DNA of 63,810 bases, the filler included, from Intoshia linei (taxonomy: Eukaryota; Animalia; Orthonectida), in NCBI GenBank assembly GCA_001642005.1. It is 14 parts of 14 records of this genome, joined end to end, with 100 filler letters (N's around TTAATTAATTAA, not from the genome) between each part and the next. Parts side by side here need not be neighbours in the genome. Positions count along the whole stretch, not along the records: positions 11,803 to 17,723 come from LWCA01001732.1; positions 17,824 to 21,376 come from LWCA01002080.1; positions 21,477 to 29,344 come from LWCA01001511.1; 11 more parts are not named here. One strand, 5' to 3'. A program made the position numbers and the translations under genes. The notes below the pieces were generated by a model, which searched no databases, was not told where the DNA came from, and saw nothing but the letters and a program-made list of their open reading frames with translations. Positions 15,035-28,500 of the stretch are shown here, piece after piece (position 1 is the stretch's first letter; each line of letters opens with the position of its first letter).

Positions 15035-16928
15035 AATTATAATGTTACCTTAATACCGGGAGATGGTATCGGATTCGAAATATCTTCCTCTGTTCAAAAA
15101 ATTTTTGCAGCTGCGAACGTAATGTTGATAAATAATTTAATTTACATATTATACATTGTATTAGCTTCCTTGTTATGTTCTTTGTACAAACAGCGGCAAG
15201 TTCTATTAGTGCCGACTTTTTAATTTATTAAAGAATGAGTGTATGATATTAAAAAGAATATAATTATACTTAGATCGTCATAAAAATATGAACCTTAGAA
15301 AAATGTAAAATTTTAAATACCTGTAGTACATACACACCTGTAATTTTCTCTTCTATGATACATTTCTGTGAAAAAAGTGTGGGAACCCCTGTAATAAACC
15401 TTGATTATCGATTAATATTATTTTTATAACAACTTATCCCACATATCTTACAATTTATCATTCAAAATTTATTTATTTACATATTTATTTCTGAATTTTC
15501 TTAATTTTTGATATTCTAGTTTTATCAGGTATGATAAAAGGTTTAATTCCATTGTTGCCTCGTTTTTTATATCATTTATGCTTCTGATGGAATTATCTTT
15601 AGATTTTATGTTTTTCGAATGTTTTATTTTATGTCCCCCATTATTTTTAATAATACTTTTAGCTTTGTCTTTATTTTCAATTGAACATTTACGGTTATTA
15701 CAACAAAAACTAGTCAATTCTTGATCGAATTCAACCTCTTCCGTTATAACCTGATCGTTAAGATTGTCAAATATTGCATCATTCATAGTTTTGAAAATAT
15801 AATACTCCATTGTCTCTATAAATTTTATTTATAATTAAATTATAGCAAAGTACCATCGCAGCTATGATTTAGCAATTTTTTTGACATTTAGAAATGTTAT
15901 CAAATATAAAAAATATTTATGAATTTGAAAATCACAAATTAATACGCGTTGTTTTTAATATTATTTATCGGCGTATTAGAAAAATTTATATATTTAGGTT
16001 ATTTATCTATATATTATCTGCAATTCTAATCTTAATGACATTTTACTTATTCTAACAGTATTACATTAATGCTACATTATTATTTTTCGAATCTAAATTT
16101 ACTAAGCTAATACCCCTATTTAAACTATTCAATTGTAATTTTTAATGATTTTAGGCACCGATAACATGGGAACCTGTAGATGTTACACCTATTAAGGACG
16201 CATCTGGAAATTTGATTCTTCCAGCAAAAGCGATTGCATCTTTGACTACGAACAAAGTAGGCCTGAAAGGTTTTATATTAATTATATGCATGCACTTGTT
16301 GTTTCGTTATAAAAACTCATTATGTCACCGTTGATTATAGTTTGATTAATACATTAAAAGTTGATTATAATGGATTTATTTAACTAAAATTACAAATATA
16401 TGGTGTGATAATTTATGTTTACAAAGTCTAAAAAAAATAATACATTAACTCAACCATACGTTGAACTAAGATAGAAGGTTTATCGAAGTGATTTTTATTT
16501 AAGGTTGGTCAATTTTTATAACAATTAAGCAATTATTCACATTTGAAGTTGATAATTATCAATTGAATTGATTTTATTTTGAAAACTCTTTGAATTGACG
16601 CACAATTTTTTTAAATTTCCTTTTTTAATTCAGGATTCCTAATTATTTAAATGGTGATATCGGTGCAGTGGTCAATTTTGACAAATGATTAATGAATGAT
16701 GTTTTTGTGCACAATATAGTTCATTATAACGTTTTGGTGTTTGTTACATACTTATTCGATATTTTCAAAACAATTTTTGGGTGGTACACAAAATAATTTT
16801 AGAAAATATTAATAAAGTTGACTAATAATTATTTTAAATGTACTGTAATATTTTTTATTTTAATTTTTAGGTCCATTAGCCACTCCAATTGGAAAAGGCC
16901 ATAAATCTTTAAATTTGTTACTTAGAAA
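15035..16928 (+). CDS. IDH3A: NAD-dependent isocitrate dehydrogenase alpha subunit, 3 internal exons
   Basis: Exons 15035-15118 (VTLIPGDGIGFEISSSVQKIFAAAN), 16155-16269 (APITWEPVDV..NKVGLK), 16871-16928 (GPLATPIGKGHKSLNLLLRK); splice phases are consistent. Confidence 0.9.
15469..15810 (-). CDS. Hypothetical 113-aa protein nested antisense in an IDH3A intron
   Basis: Intact ATG-to-stop ORF in very AT-rich DNA; no recognised domain. Confidence 0.4.
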   Translation of the reverse strand: MEYYIFKTMNDAIFDNLNDQVITEEVEFDQELTSFCCNNRKCSIENKDKAKSIIKNNGGHKIKHSKNIKSKDNSIRSINDIKNEATMELNLLSYLIKLEYQKLRKFRNKYVNK

Positions 16929-17178
16929 GTAATTTTACAATTTTTCTACATATTGTTTTATCCAGTAATGGAGAAATGTAATGTATTATTATTTATAGTC
17001 CTTGTATCATTATATGAATTTAAAATCTTGCATCAAATTTTAATATTTCAAATTAATCTAGAATTATGGCTACTTTTTTTCTATGATTTTTATCTAAGTT
17101 TAGTTATGTTTTATTAAACGAAATTTTATTTTTGAATCCTCTAAAGGTATATGATCGAATAATCGAATTCAAAAAAAA

Positions 17179-17269
17179 TGCCCCCGGTGGGGATCGAACC
17201 CACGACCTTTGGATTACTTAAGTAATCGTATATATGAGACCAACGCTCTACCAACTGAGCCACAGAGGC
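17179..17269 (-). tRNA. Elongator tRNA-Met(CAU) with 18-nt intron (17215-17232)
   Basis: GCCTCTG/CGGGGGC acceptor, GCTC-AGTTGGTA-GAGC D arm, TTGGT-CTCATA[intron]A-TCCAA anticodon arm, GTGGG-TTCGATC-CCCAC T arm; T8 Pol III terminator follows. Confidence 0.93.
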
Positions 17270-17280
17270 GATGTAAATTT

Positions 17281-17723
17281 TGTTATTATGTGTAATAATA
17301 ATAACTGCACAGATTAGTTGGTTAAACTAAAGTGGCCAGAAAAAATACGTACTATCAATTTTAGTTTATTTCGTGTTAAATGTAAAGCCAAAACATATGA
17401 AATTTGTCAAATCAACAAGAGCTAATAATGATCACTGCAATTCTACAAAACAGAGGCAGAAAACTAAAGACAAAAAGTTTGGGATGAAAAGTACAAAAGA
17501 TAATATCGAAAATCAAAAACACGTCGACTTATTATCGTTCAAAAAAAAGTTATTTTATATATAAACTATAGTTACAATATTTCAACTCTCATGCTAATTG
17601 CCAATTATCGTTTTAATCCAATGGCTGATTCATAGCTTTTTCAATCAATCTTGCAAAGTTGTCCGGTCTAAAGGCTTTGTCATGAAGTCGGCCAATTGAT
17701 CTTTCGATGTAACGTATTCCATC
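17281..17723 (-). mobile_element. Ty1/Copia retrotransposon 3' end (RNase H terminus, possible 3' LTR)
   Basis: MEYVTSKDQLADFMTKPL on the minus strand from 17722, matching the Copia (D/N)QLAD.LTK motif. LTR limits (about 17281-17580) are tentative. Confidence 0.7.
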
Positions 17724-17823
17724 NNNNNNNNNNNNNNNNNNNNNNNNNNNNNNNNNNNNNNNNNNNNTTAATTAATTAANNNNNNNNNNNNNNNNNNNNN
17801 NNNNNNNNNNNNNNNNNNNNNNN

Positions 17824-18255
17824 CACATTGAAAATGACAAAATAGGTTTTTATAATTTTATTTTGCTGGAATTTATGTTATTTATGACAATTTTTAGAAT
17901 TGGACTATTTTTACTTTATTTTTAATATTATACACACATTCTGTCTAATAAATTAAAAAAATGGGATAATAATTGTTTTTAAAATTCTTTACGCAAATGT
18001 TAANTAAAATTCTTTACGCAAATGTTAACAAAAAAAATTAAGATGGAATAATTCACTTTAAAGTAAAAAGTAATGTGATATGACGGTTCCACCTGAAACA
18101 AATTTGGGAACCACTTTTTTAAAGGTTTGATAATAGTTAATAGTAGGATTTTTAAGTTAGATTTTCAACGTGAATATATTTTTTTGGTATAATAAAAGAG
18201 TGCCTTCGGCAGAGCTAGGTGCTGTTTGTACGTAGTACAAAACAGCCAAGCTAGT
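17824..18255 (+). mobile_element. Helitron-like element 3' module with terminal hairpin and CTAG|T
   Basis: CTGTTTGTAC-GTA-GTACAAAACAG hairpin, then CTAG (18251-18254) and T. Confidence 0.7.
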
Positions 18256-19446
18256 AAATCTATAAAAATTTTTAAAAATTTGGTTAAAAAAAACCTTTCT
18301 TAAAAACCATACCAAAGTTATCTTGAAAATCAATAAAAAGTGTGTGAAACAATTTTTTCCCATCTTAACTTGGTCTAAAAATCAATAATATGATGAATTA
18401 GCAAAATCTGTGTTTATGTAGCTTTAATGAATGTTCGCTAAATTTACCTGCAATTTGCCAACCTATGACTAACATTTTTCAAGTGTTCAAGTTTGTAAAG
18501 AAAAATACAGACCCTGGATCAGGGAAGTGATCTAATATTTTAATTTACTATCTAGATCGCCATCAAGATAGAATAGACAAACTAAAATCGCAAAGTCACA
18601 TGTTGGATTTTACATTGAAGAATTTAATTTAAATTGTATATGATATGTATATAAACCAAATATATTTATTTTTTTATAAAAGTTTTTGTCTTAATGTTAT
18701 GTCCACTATTAAGCTCCTAATTAGATTACGTTTTTGGATTTTTTAATATACTGTCACTAATTTCTGTGTAGTTCTTCATATTTATTAGCAAAATATTGTA
18801 CAATATAAGTCATTCAATTAACCTTTTAAATGTAATATTTTATGCAATTTTTGATGATGTAGTTAATACAATGTAGTCGTGTTAACATCAGTCCAAACGA
18901 AATTTATGGAACTCGAAATTATTTACGAAATTAATTTAAACTCGAAAAATTGATGTTGGAAAAAGCTTATGCCGTGTACCATATTTCATTAAAAAATTTA
19001 AAAAAACCCAATTTCTAATAGTTTTTCGATAGTGACGCAATATCGTAAATTTTATTTTTCTATATTTAGTCCTTCAGGGCTTAAATTAAAAAAACACATA
19101 TTGTGGGACACATTTGAAAGTCCTTAACATTGTCGTAAATCTCAGCCTCACAAAATTATATATTAATAGTCGAAACCTCAAATTAATTTTTTTTTAAAAA
19201 AATAACATCCTAGAATCCTAGAAGAACATTATAAAACATAAATTCTGACATAGTTTTTAAAATCAGAAGCCTCATCATTAATCGTACCAAGAAACTGAAA
19301 TTTAATGCATAAAAATGTAAGTTACACTGGAAAATCTACTGTTTTTAATTTGAAGTTTAACTTAAAAAATAAACACTACAATATTTAAACTAATTTGTAA
19401 AAAACTGACTTTATTTTCTGGAAACAATTTTGAGATATTTCTAAAC

Positions 19447-20754
19447 ATGATTTATATTAAATTTCAAATATTGATATATTTATCTTTACTTTATCTATTA
19501 ACGCCTATTAAATGTTTTTCATTCACAATATTGCAACAAGTTGGAGCTTTCAGTGGAGTGACTATAGGAATTATTGGTTACTTTAAAGAAGCCATAACAG
19601 ACTGGACATATAATAAATTTATATGCCCCATAGAGGATCTGGATTTAAAAATTAAAGGTTCAAAATAAAAATATTAATACTTTTAAAAATTAAAATAGAC
19701 CTTTCAAAAGCATTTATTAAAATTTACGGACAAAAAAATTCATTAGAAACACTTATGGGATACATAGAAATGTGGGCACGAGATATAAAAAACGATCGTT
19801 ATCCGTCAAAAGCAATAGGAATATCAATACAAGGTCCGCCAGGAGTGGGGAAAACGTATACTATGCAAAAAATAGAAAGCATATTATTTGGAGAAAAATC
19901 CATTCATTTTCATAACTTTGGTCATTTAAATTTTTTAAGAGAACGAAATGAAAATGAAATGTACGTTTACAATTACATAAAATCAAGTGTTTCAAAATGC
20001 AAACATAATATATTTTTCTTTGATGATGTCCATTTGTACCCTAAAGGTTTTTTAGATGTTTTAAAACCTTTTTTGGATAATAGACCTGATATTGGTGGCA
20101 TTGATTATCGATTATCCTTTTTTGTTTTTGTTTCAAATGATAATAATATTGTTTTGAATATGGCTACTGATAATTGGAACAAAGGTTTGAATAAATTTTA
20201 TGAAAGTAAAGCTTTTCGACGCAAACTTGTTGATTCCTTGCTGCATTCTGGAGGTATTTATGTATTTGAGTCTTGGATCATTTTCCTTTTACGGTGTTTA
20301 ATTTTAACACCGAAAAAGTGAAAATATCCATTTTGTAAATTAAATTTTAACGTACACGGACCGATATTACCTCTCAAATTAAAAAATATCACTTTTCATT
20401 ATGGTATATTTGTCCTCATGGTTAATTTGAGTATGGTAATTTTGGTTCTGTTATAAACATTTTGTCTATACGTCTTATATTTGTTTTTTATTAGGAGGAT
20501 TTGATAATTCACAATTAATAATTTCAAATTTAATTGATGACTACATCAATTTTTTACCATTAGAAGAAAACGATGTTCGCACAGCAATGCACGATTTAAT
20601 GCATCAGAAAAATATTACAAAAAATGAAAAACTTGTCGATAAAATTATAAACAATTTAAATTTTATTCCTGACGAGCTACAAATTTATTCAGAATCTGGA
20701 TGCAGAAGTATAGAAAATCTTTTAATTAAATACAATGAAAAATATAAATACTAA
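19447..20754 (+). CDS. Torsin-family AAA+ ATPase (3 exons)
   Basis: Exons 19447-19657, 19699-20253, 20495-20754. Signal peptide and hydrophobic segment, IYGQ, GPPGVGKT, FFFDD, LKPFLD, FVFVSN, LIDDYINFLPLE, YSESGCR. Confidence 0.88.
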
Positions 20755-21774
20755 TTTTATTTAGTATAATTTATATGCATGTTATGATTTTAAAACCTGA
20801 TTAAATTTTTATATATTGTATCAATAAATTCAATTGTTCTGTGTGTTATCGTTTATTTCAATAACTACAGTTTACAGTTTTTTGCGGGGTGAAAGTAATA
20901 TAAATTTCAACCTCTCATGTTACGGGTCAATAAGCCCAATTATCCTTCTTTTGAAAATCAAACGAGTTGGTGAATTTTAAAATCATAAATATAAAAAACC
21001 TTATACGACCTTATAAATTGTTGTTACTCATACCAAGGTTAGAGCTGGTTAGGTAAAAATATCTGAAAGCCTTGGATATTCCATTAATTGTACTGTTTCT
21101 ATTGTTAACGAAGTAATGAAAATAATGGGATACAGGACATTTCCTAGGTCTTCCATTCAAAAACAAGCATGTAGTTTATAGGTATGTCAGAAAGAAATAA
21201 ATAAACTAATTATTAATTACAAAGGTGATCTTTGTATCCACTTTGATTCTAAAACATACAAGCATCGACATTATTTATCAATTTGTATTAGCGGCAAATC
21301 TTTGCAGATATGCATTGCAATAAAAATAATAGTTAATGGAACATCATTAACAATATTTGATGTTGTGCAATCGGTTNNNNNNNNNNNNNNNNNNNNNNNN
21401 NNNNNNNNNNNNNNNNNNNNTTAATTAATTAANNNNNNNNNNNNNNNNNNNNNNNNNNNNNNNNNNNNNNNNNNNNAATTTTTTAATATCCTTTTTCTGA
21501 TCTTTATTACGTTTATTTTTTTATTGGCGTTTTAATAAAAAATTTAGCTTATTTTTCAATAATTTGACGGCTGGTGTTTAATTTGGCGTATATTCTATTA
21601 ATATGGCTTACGAAAAAATGGGCAACCTTTATAAAATTGTTAGGTTGGTAAGCAATGTCATGTGACGCTAGTTAGTTTCTGGCAAGCAACTGGAAAATTC
21701 CCGGCTATTTTAAATATTGGATCAAATATTGCAATGCAAACATGTATAATATTCGCTATGCATGAATAGATATA

Positions 21775-22220
21775 CAGAGTGTACCATTTAAAACAGTGCA
21801 CTTGAAAATAAGAAGTTAATCAAAAAAAATTTTCACTAGAAACAATTCAATTTGCTCAATAATAAAATTATTTGGATATTTATCTAAAGTATATAAGAAA
21901 AATAGAAGAATTTAGAAACTTAAAATTATTTAATTTACAATAAATCTTCAAAATGACCACCATCAGATTGGATACATAAATCAATGCGTTTAATGAAATT
22001 ATTGTAAACATTAGATAATTCTTGAGTGCAAATTGAATTAATACTGTTGATGATATTGGTTTTTAGGGATTCTATATTTGAAGAGGAATTTTATAAATTT
22101 TATATTTTTAATTCAAAAAATTAATATGAACTTGTTTTTATCAGTTTGTTCTTTATTTCGTCAGTGCACTCATACTATGAAATGTTTTAACAAGTACACT
22201 GTTCTAAATGATACACCCTG
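21775..22220 (-). mobile_element. Internally deleted Tc1/mariner element
   Basis: About 30-bp TIRs (CAGAGTGTACCATTTAAAACAGTGCACTTG and inverse); internal RIDLCIQSDGGHFEDLL* transposase C-terminus. Confidence 0.8.
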
Positions 22221-24818
22221 ACAGGGTGACCCTGTAGATACCTAGAATATAATGAAGTTCAGTTATGTAGAACAAGTGTCTGTCTTTGTATTTAACGTGC
22301 TAGCAGGATGCCGTTACCAGTGACTTACTTAATATGAAGAAGCTAAATTAAATATCGTAAGATATTATTCCATATCACACAATCTTGTGGCTTGGTGGAT
22401 TGTGATTTATAGCAGACATTCACAACCCTTTTTTGCTATTTACTAATACAATTTTTCAATAATGATGCAGCATTACAAATTTTATTTTTCAAAATTAAGT
22501 TCTTCAGGGTCAAAAACCTATTATCTTTTTTTAAAAATAAAATCAGCCCTAAAATTTAAAAAAGCATATATTCTGGAACGCGTTTGAAATTCGTTACCAT
22601 CGACGTAAATCTCAGCCTCAGAAACTTAAATCTTCATATTCAAAACCCTAAATTAACCTTTTTTTTAAAATTTTAAAACATAGATTCTGTGATAGTTTTT
22701 AAAATCATAAGAATTATCATAAATAGTAATCGCAAAAAAGTAAATTTTTTAACAATTGGTCTATAGTGAAACAAGTTTGGGAACCACTCATTCGGCGAAA
22801 TTTATTAAATTGTGAAAATAATTTTGACAAATTGGAAGAGAGTGCATGCAAAAAACAAGTGTACTTAAAATGGATGTTTTATTATGCAATATGCACTGTA
22901 TATTCTCTATATCAGACATTCTCCACCCTATTTCGCTGTGGACCCCCAAAAAAATTAATAATAATTACAATTTTTAATGAATCATAACATTTGTGTGAAA
23001 CGAATGATGGCCAAATGAGAGGAGTACTCTAGTTTTTCGAGATAATAAAGTTGATGAACTATTAATATTAAACAAATTTTTAAATTTTAATACTAACGTT
23101 ATTATTCAATTTTACAATATATGCAGATAAGCAATCATGTGAAGAAAAAATGTCGATCCTAATCAATTTTAGTTTATTTGAATTAATTTTTTTCTAAAAA
23201 TCACTACCATAAAGTCACTTTTTCATAGTTAACGTCATATTTTATTCATTTTTCAAAACTAAAGTCAGTTTTATTTGTTTACTTCTTTGAATAAACGACT
23301 TTATTATTTGAAAATATGACGTTAATTAAAGAAAAAATGACTTAATGTACTAAAAATATCTATAATATGTAATAAATGTGTATAATTTTCATGAACCCTG
23401 TTGAGAATTGCTGCTCTATATGAAGGAAACCTACATTTGTATGATGCAAAAGCAATTAAATGTACAGCGTAATTAGATGATTGTCAAAATAGCTCATATT
23501 CCATTTATTTTATATAAAATGGCAGATGTGATTAAAAATGTCATTTTTGTCGAAAAACAGTTACTGCATTTAACGAGAAATTGACAATGGTTGATCTAAT
23601 CCAGACCCATGGAAATGTAGCTACAGTTTTACGGAATTACAATATAAGACTACACATTATTTTCGAAATTTGTTGGGGCTTATTTTGATTTTCAGGTCCG
23701 AGTATGTTTATTTAATTTAGGTTTAATAGGTTTAATTTTCCCGCCGTTAATTATTTCACATTTTTTGTTTTAATACAATATTTCGAAAAAAAATATGAAC
23801 TCTAAAATGCTTTTTTTACCGTGAAATCGTCACATATTCGGATTGAAATTTTCTGTGTGTGTTAACAGGATACAACTATACCACCTGTAAATTTTTTGAA
23901 ATTCTAGGGCTGTTTTCATTAAAAATAGAAGGGTAATTTGTGGTTTTGGCTCTGAAGATATAATTTTTTTAAATTCTCCAACTCGTTTGATTTTCAAAAA
24001 GAATGACTTTTTGTTAACGAGGGAAATGTCTGTTTATGTATTTGTTCCAGTTTATTTAAGAAAGTAAGGGATTCGAGTTTACTAATTCCATATTCTTATA
24101 ACAGTTTTTCCAGAGTAATGTTTTATGGAAAATTTAAATTTCAGAAATTGAGTCCTTTAAGATCAAAAACCCCGATTGTCCTTTGTTTTAAAATTCAAAC
24201 CCGTCTAGAATTATAAAAAATACACATTCTAATAAAAAGTTTATATTCATCAATATTACAATAATTTTCAATTTCAAAATCTAATATCCTCACGGCCAAA
24301 ACCCCAAATTACCCTTTCTTGTAAAAATTAAGAAAGTCTTATCAAAAGAGTCAAAAATCAAAGAATCAAAAAATTACAGATGATACAGTTATATCCATTT
24401 AATACACACAAAAAAATTTAATTGAAGCAAGTGAGGCCTTCACGGTCAAAAAAGCACTTTAGCATTCATTTTTTTATTTCGAAACTGCTATATTATAAAA
24501 AATTTTTACATAATTAACGGTCATACAATTAAACAAAAAGATTATTCTGATACAGATTGTTCCAGTTGATATAATTACAAAATTTTAACATCAAGAATCT
24601 ACGCATTCCCGATGAAAATTAATTTTTAATATATTATCAACCAATATTTTTCAAATGTTAGGATTAAAATTAAAAATGTAAATATTCATCATACAATTTC
24701 AAAAAAAAATTAAAAAAACGTGTATTGAACGTCGGCACATTTCCAATAAAGAGATATGGGTGAAAAATATCATAAATTAGTTTAATTAATACATTATGGT
24801 AAAATGCAGTATAATTAC

Positions 24819-25199
24819 CTGGAAAATACATTTTGATGGTCAAAATAGAAAAAGTTCCAATCATTAAAACTTTGTCGGCCAAAGGATCAATAAAACTTCC
24901 AATCCGTGATGATTGGGAGGGATATTTTCTTGCAATATATCCGTCAATCTAAACCCGTATCAACTCAATAAGTAAAAAATAACCCCATCCGAAACAGCAG
25001 CCGTTGTAAAGACAATTAAAGCAGGCCAATAAAAATCATGATTAATGCAATGAATAACAGGAACTGTGGATATAATTCTCGATAAACTTAGAGCATTCGG
25101 TACGGTACAAATTTTATATTTTTTTATTTTTCTATTGTTTGATAAACACAACTGTCTAGAAAATTTATTATTTACAGATTTTTTGCAAAAATTGTACAT
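24819..25199 (-). CDS. CRLS1: Cardiolipin synthase (CDP-alcohol phosphatidyltransferase), first two exons
   Basis: Exons 25199-24984 and 24948-24819: TVPNALSLSR..SDG|IDGYIARKY..GSFIDPLADK. Downstream exons not found. Confidence 0.85.
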
Positions 25200-25528
25200 T
25201 TAACTTTATTTGAGTTATCAACAATAAAGTAAAATTTATAACATAGACACCAAAATAGTATAGTAATGGTAGTAATGTATCTGATAAGAGTAAAGTTATG
25301 ATTCCCTACAATCAAACATAAGAAACATGTCAGATAACACCTGCTGTTTTGTTATTAAATTTTATATAAACAGAAATGCTACATTTTATGAAAAACAGTA
25401 AATAACTTTAATATAAAATTAAACTTTATTTCTATATAGTGGAATTTTTGGAATGATTTGTTCAGATTTTGTTTAATTTCATTTGTAGATAGTATTTATT
25501 TTTAATTTGTACGCTCTAATAAGAAGCT

Positions 25529-28500
25529 ATGAGCCAACCGGTCGATTCGAGTATCAGTGAATCGGTGAAATCGCTTAATTTTGACATGCCAAAGATTGAT
25601 TATGAAAGTTCTGATAGAGGATCTGTAATTGGAGAATTTGACCACAGATATTGCAAAGATGTTACGATTAACCAATACGGCGATCAAATTTTAAATAATT
25701 CTACTGATATCTCAAGTGAAACTAATAAATTAAATAATTCTGACAATATTATCGTAATATCAACTGACGAAACGTCAGCGACCGATTCACCCAATTGTTC
25801 AATAAATACAATATCTGTGATTGATGACAAAATGGATATTACTGGAAAAGAAACAAAAGATATTGAATGCAAATGGAAAAATTGTTTCATGTATTTTGAA
25901 CCTCATAAAATGTTGCAACATGTTATTAATCATACTTTTGTCAACGACAATAGAATAAATGGAAAAAAACAATATGTGTGTTTTTGGAAAGGTTGCAAAG
26001 TTTACAGTATACCTTCCACTTCGCACAACTGGTTAATGCGACACGTCGAATCACATTTGGCCGAATTAAAACCATATCTATGTGTCGTAACAAATTGTGA
26101 TTTTAGGTTCAAATCTGCTTCTTCTTTGACGCGTCATATCAACGGCCATTTTAAAAAGGAAGCACGCCACTCTTCACCGAAATCTAAAATATCTAAGTCT
26201 AAGGATGACGTTTCAGTAGAACAGAATTTAAACAATATTGAACATATTGAAATTGATGAAATGTTATATCCTAATAGCCAATTTTCGTTTAGTGAAAGGG
26301 TTGAATCGGAGGCTCCTTGTTATACTTCATCCCCTAATAAAAACCTTAAACAAGAAGTATCTGATAGCAATGAAAAACCAACTTATTCCAAAAAACATAA
26401 AACAAAATCTAAAAAACGAAAGAAAAAAAATACTCCTCAAAAAGTCAACTTTTTACCACCAATTGGACATTCCCAGTATTTCAATAATTTAAACACTCTT
26501 TTTTCTACAAATTGCCTTCTTAATTATCTCAACGAAGAAACTGACTATTTTTATTTTATACCTGAAAGCCATTCCGCCATTTTACCACACAAGGTTTTTT
26601 AATTATTTATTTATTCATCTTTTTTAGATTATCACAATTTTTAATGACATTACATCAAGACAGCAGTTTTTATTGCATCAATATGGTTATGGACAATTGT
26701 AATTCATTTCATATATTGTAGTATAATTTCTATATTATAATATATCTATAATTATAGAGCAGGCATAATCAACGTTGTGCCCAGTAAAAGATTTTTTGGT
26801 GTCCGCACAAATTTGTTGTTTTATAAACATTTTTTAAGAATTTCTAATATATTGAAGTGTAAAATAAATCTAAAATACTTTTTTATTCTATTATAATTTA
26901 TAAAATTCGCTTTACCTTTTTTAAATTGCAGCTTAACGTTTTTTGAAATTATTAAAGATTTTTATAAATGGTTCACACACACAGACAAACAAAGCATATT
27001 ATATAAGTAAGGATTTTTAAATCACGTTGAAATTTAAAATGATTCTATATCGTAAAATAAAACTTAAAGATTTAATAAGGCAGATGTTTGATCCATTTAT
27101 TTAAAAAAGGGGGAATATGTATATTACGCTTACAAAAAATTGTCTTTATATTCTATTCTATTTACTGATGTACTATTCAGGGCCGTGGAGAACCAGCAGT
27201 AGGCCCGGGCCAGATAAAAATTATAAGCCCCTATAAATTTTTTTAAGAAAATGGAACATCTATACATGGCTTAAGGAAGTGGTGGGCAAACTACGGCCCG
27301 CAAAATCATGCTTCATACTTATGTTTACATTGTAAATTTTACAACATGTCACATTCCATTTAGATAATTAACCGTCTATTTTTACGCATTAGATAAAATT
27401 TTCCTATCTTTATCTCTTTTAAATAAAATAATTGTAGATTTTTAATTAGATTAAACTAAATGCAATGATATAAAAATTAAGTTTTTTGGTTGGTTTTATC
27501 AATAATAGGCTAATTTTTGTTCAAATTTGATTAAATTTTCTTTTATTGTTTGCATTGATATAATTATAAATACATACAATTTTGAAACTTAATAATAAAC
27601 ACAATTATTAAAATGCACTCCAAAATAATAATTGGTAATTATTCAAATAGAATTTTGACACTTTCTCACAAGCCAAAATAGAATTTCATCCATTTAAATT
27701 GTTTCATGTGTATTCACGATATTTGTGCGGCCCGCATATTAATAAGTTAGCCCACCACTGGCTTAAGCGATAAAAATATATAAGTTCACTTCAAATAAAA
27801 AATATTACTAAAATAAGTGAGATCAGAAATTGAAGTAATAGAACGAAATAGACTTATGACATTTTAATATTTGAAGATGTTACCTACTTTGACCAATCAA
27901 ATATGTTATGAGAAGTTTGGAATTCTATGCCTGAAACAATTAATAGTCTTAAATGTCTAGCTAAAGCTATATTTTCATCTACATATTCTTGTGAATCGTT
28001 ATTTTTCACATTGAATAATGTCAAAAATCATAAAAGGAATATACTTCACGCTGAAACTAGTTTGGCTTGTGTAGCGTTAAATCAACAAGTTATAAACCTT
28101 CCATTGAAAAACTTGCAGCTCAATTTTTTAAGTCTAAATAAATGTAAAAATTATTTTAACTCATTTTACATCATCAAGTTGTTCGACTTAATTAACGGTT
28201 TTGATTGACTTAATATTTTTTTTAATAAAAACACACTTGAAAAAAATTTCTGAAAATAGTATTAAATTTAGCACACCTAGTTTTAGTTGGCTGCCATCAC
28301 TGCTGTATATCGATAAAAAATTATTTTTCATGGTTATATAAACTGAATTAGGTCCGTGTTCTCATTTGAAATAATTTAGTATTTTCGGAATGTTATATTG
28401 AATAATAATCAATATAAATTATTGCACTTTTTTTTTATCATTTAATTTGCTTGTTAATGATATATTGTCACAATTTGTTTATATTCAAACCTAAAGAAAA

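Noticed and set aside
21000-21376. Possible transposase relic (LCIHFDSK)
   Set aside because: Too short and degraded to assign.
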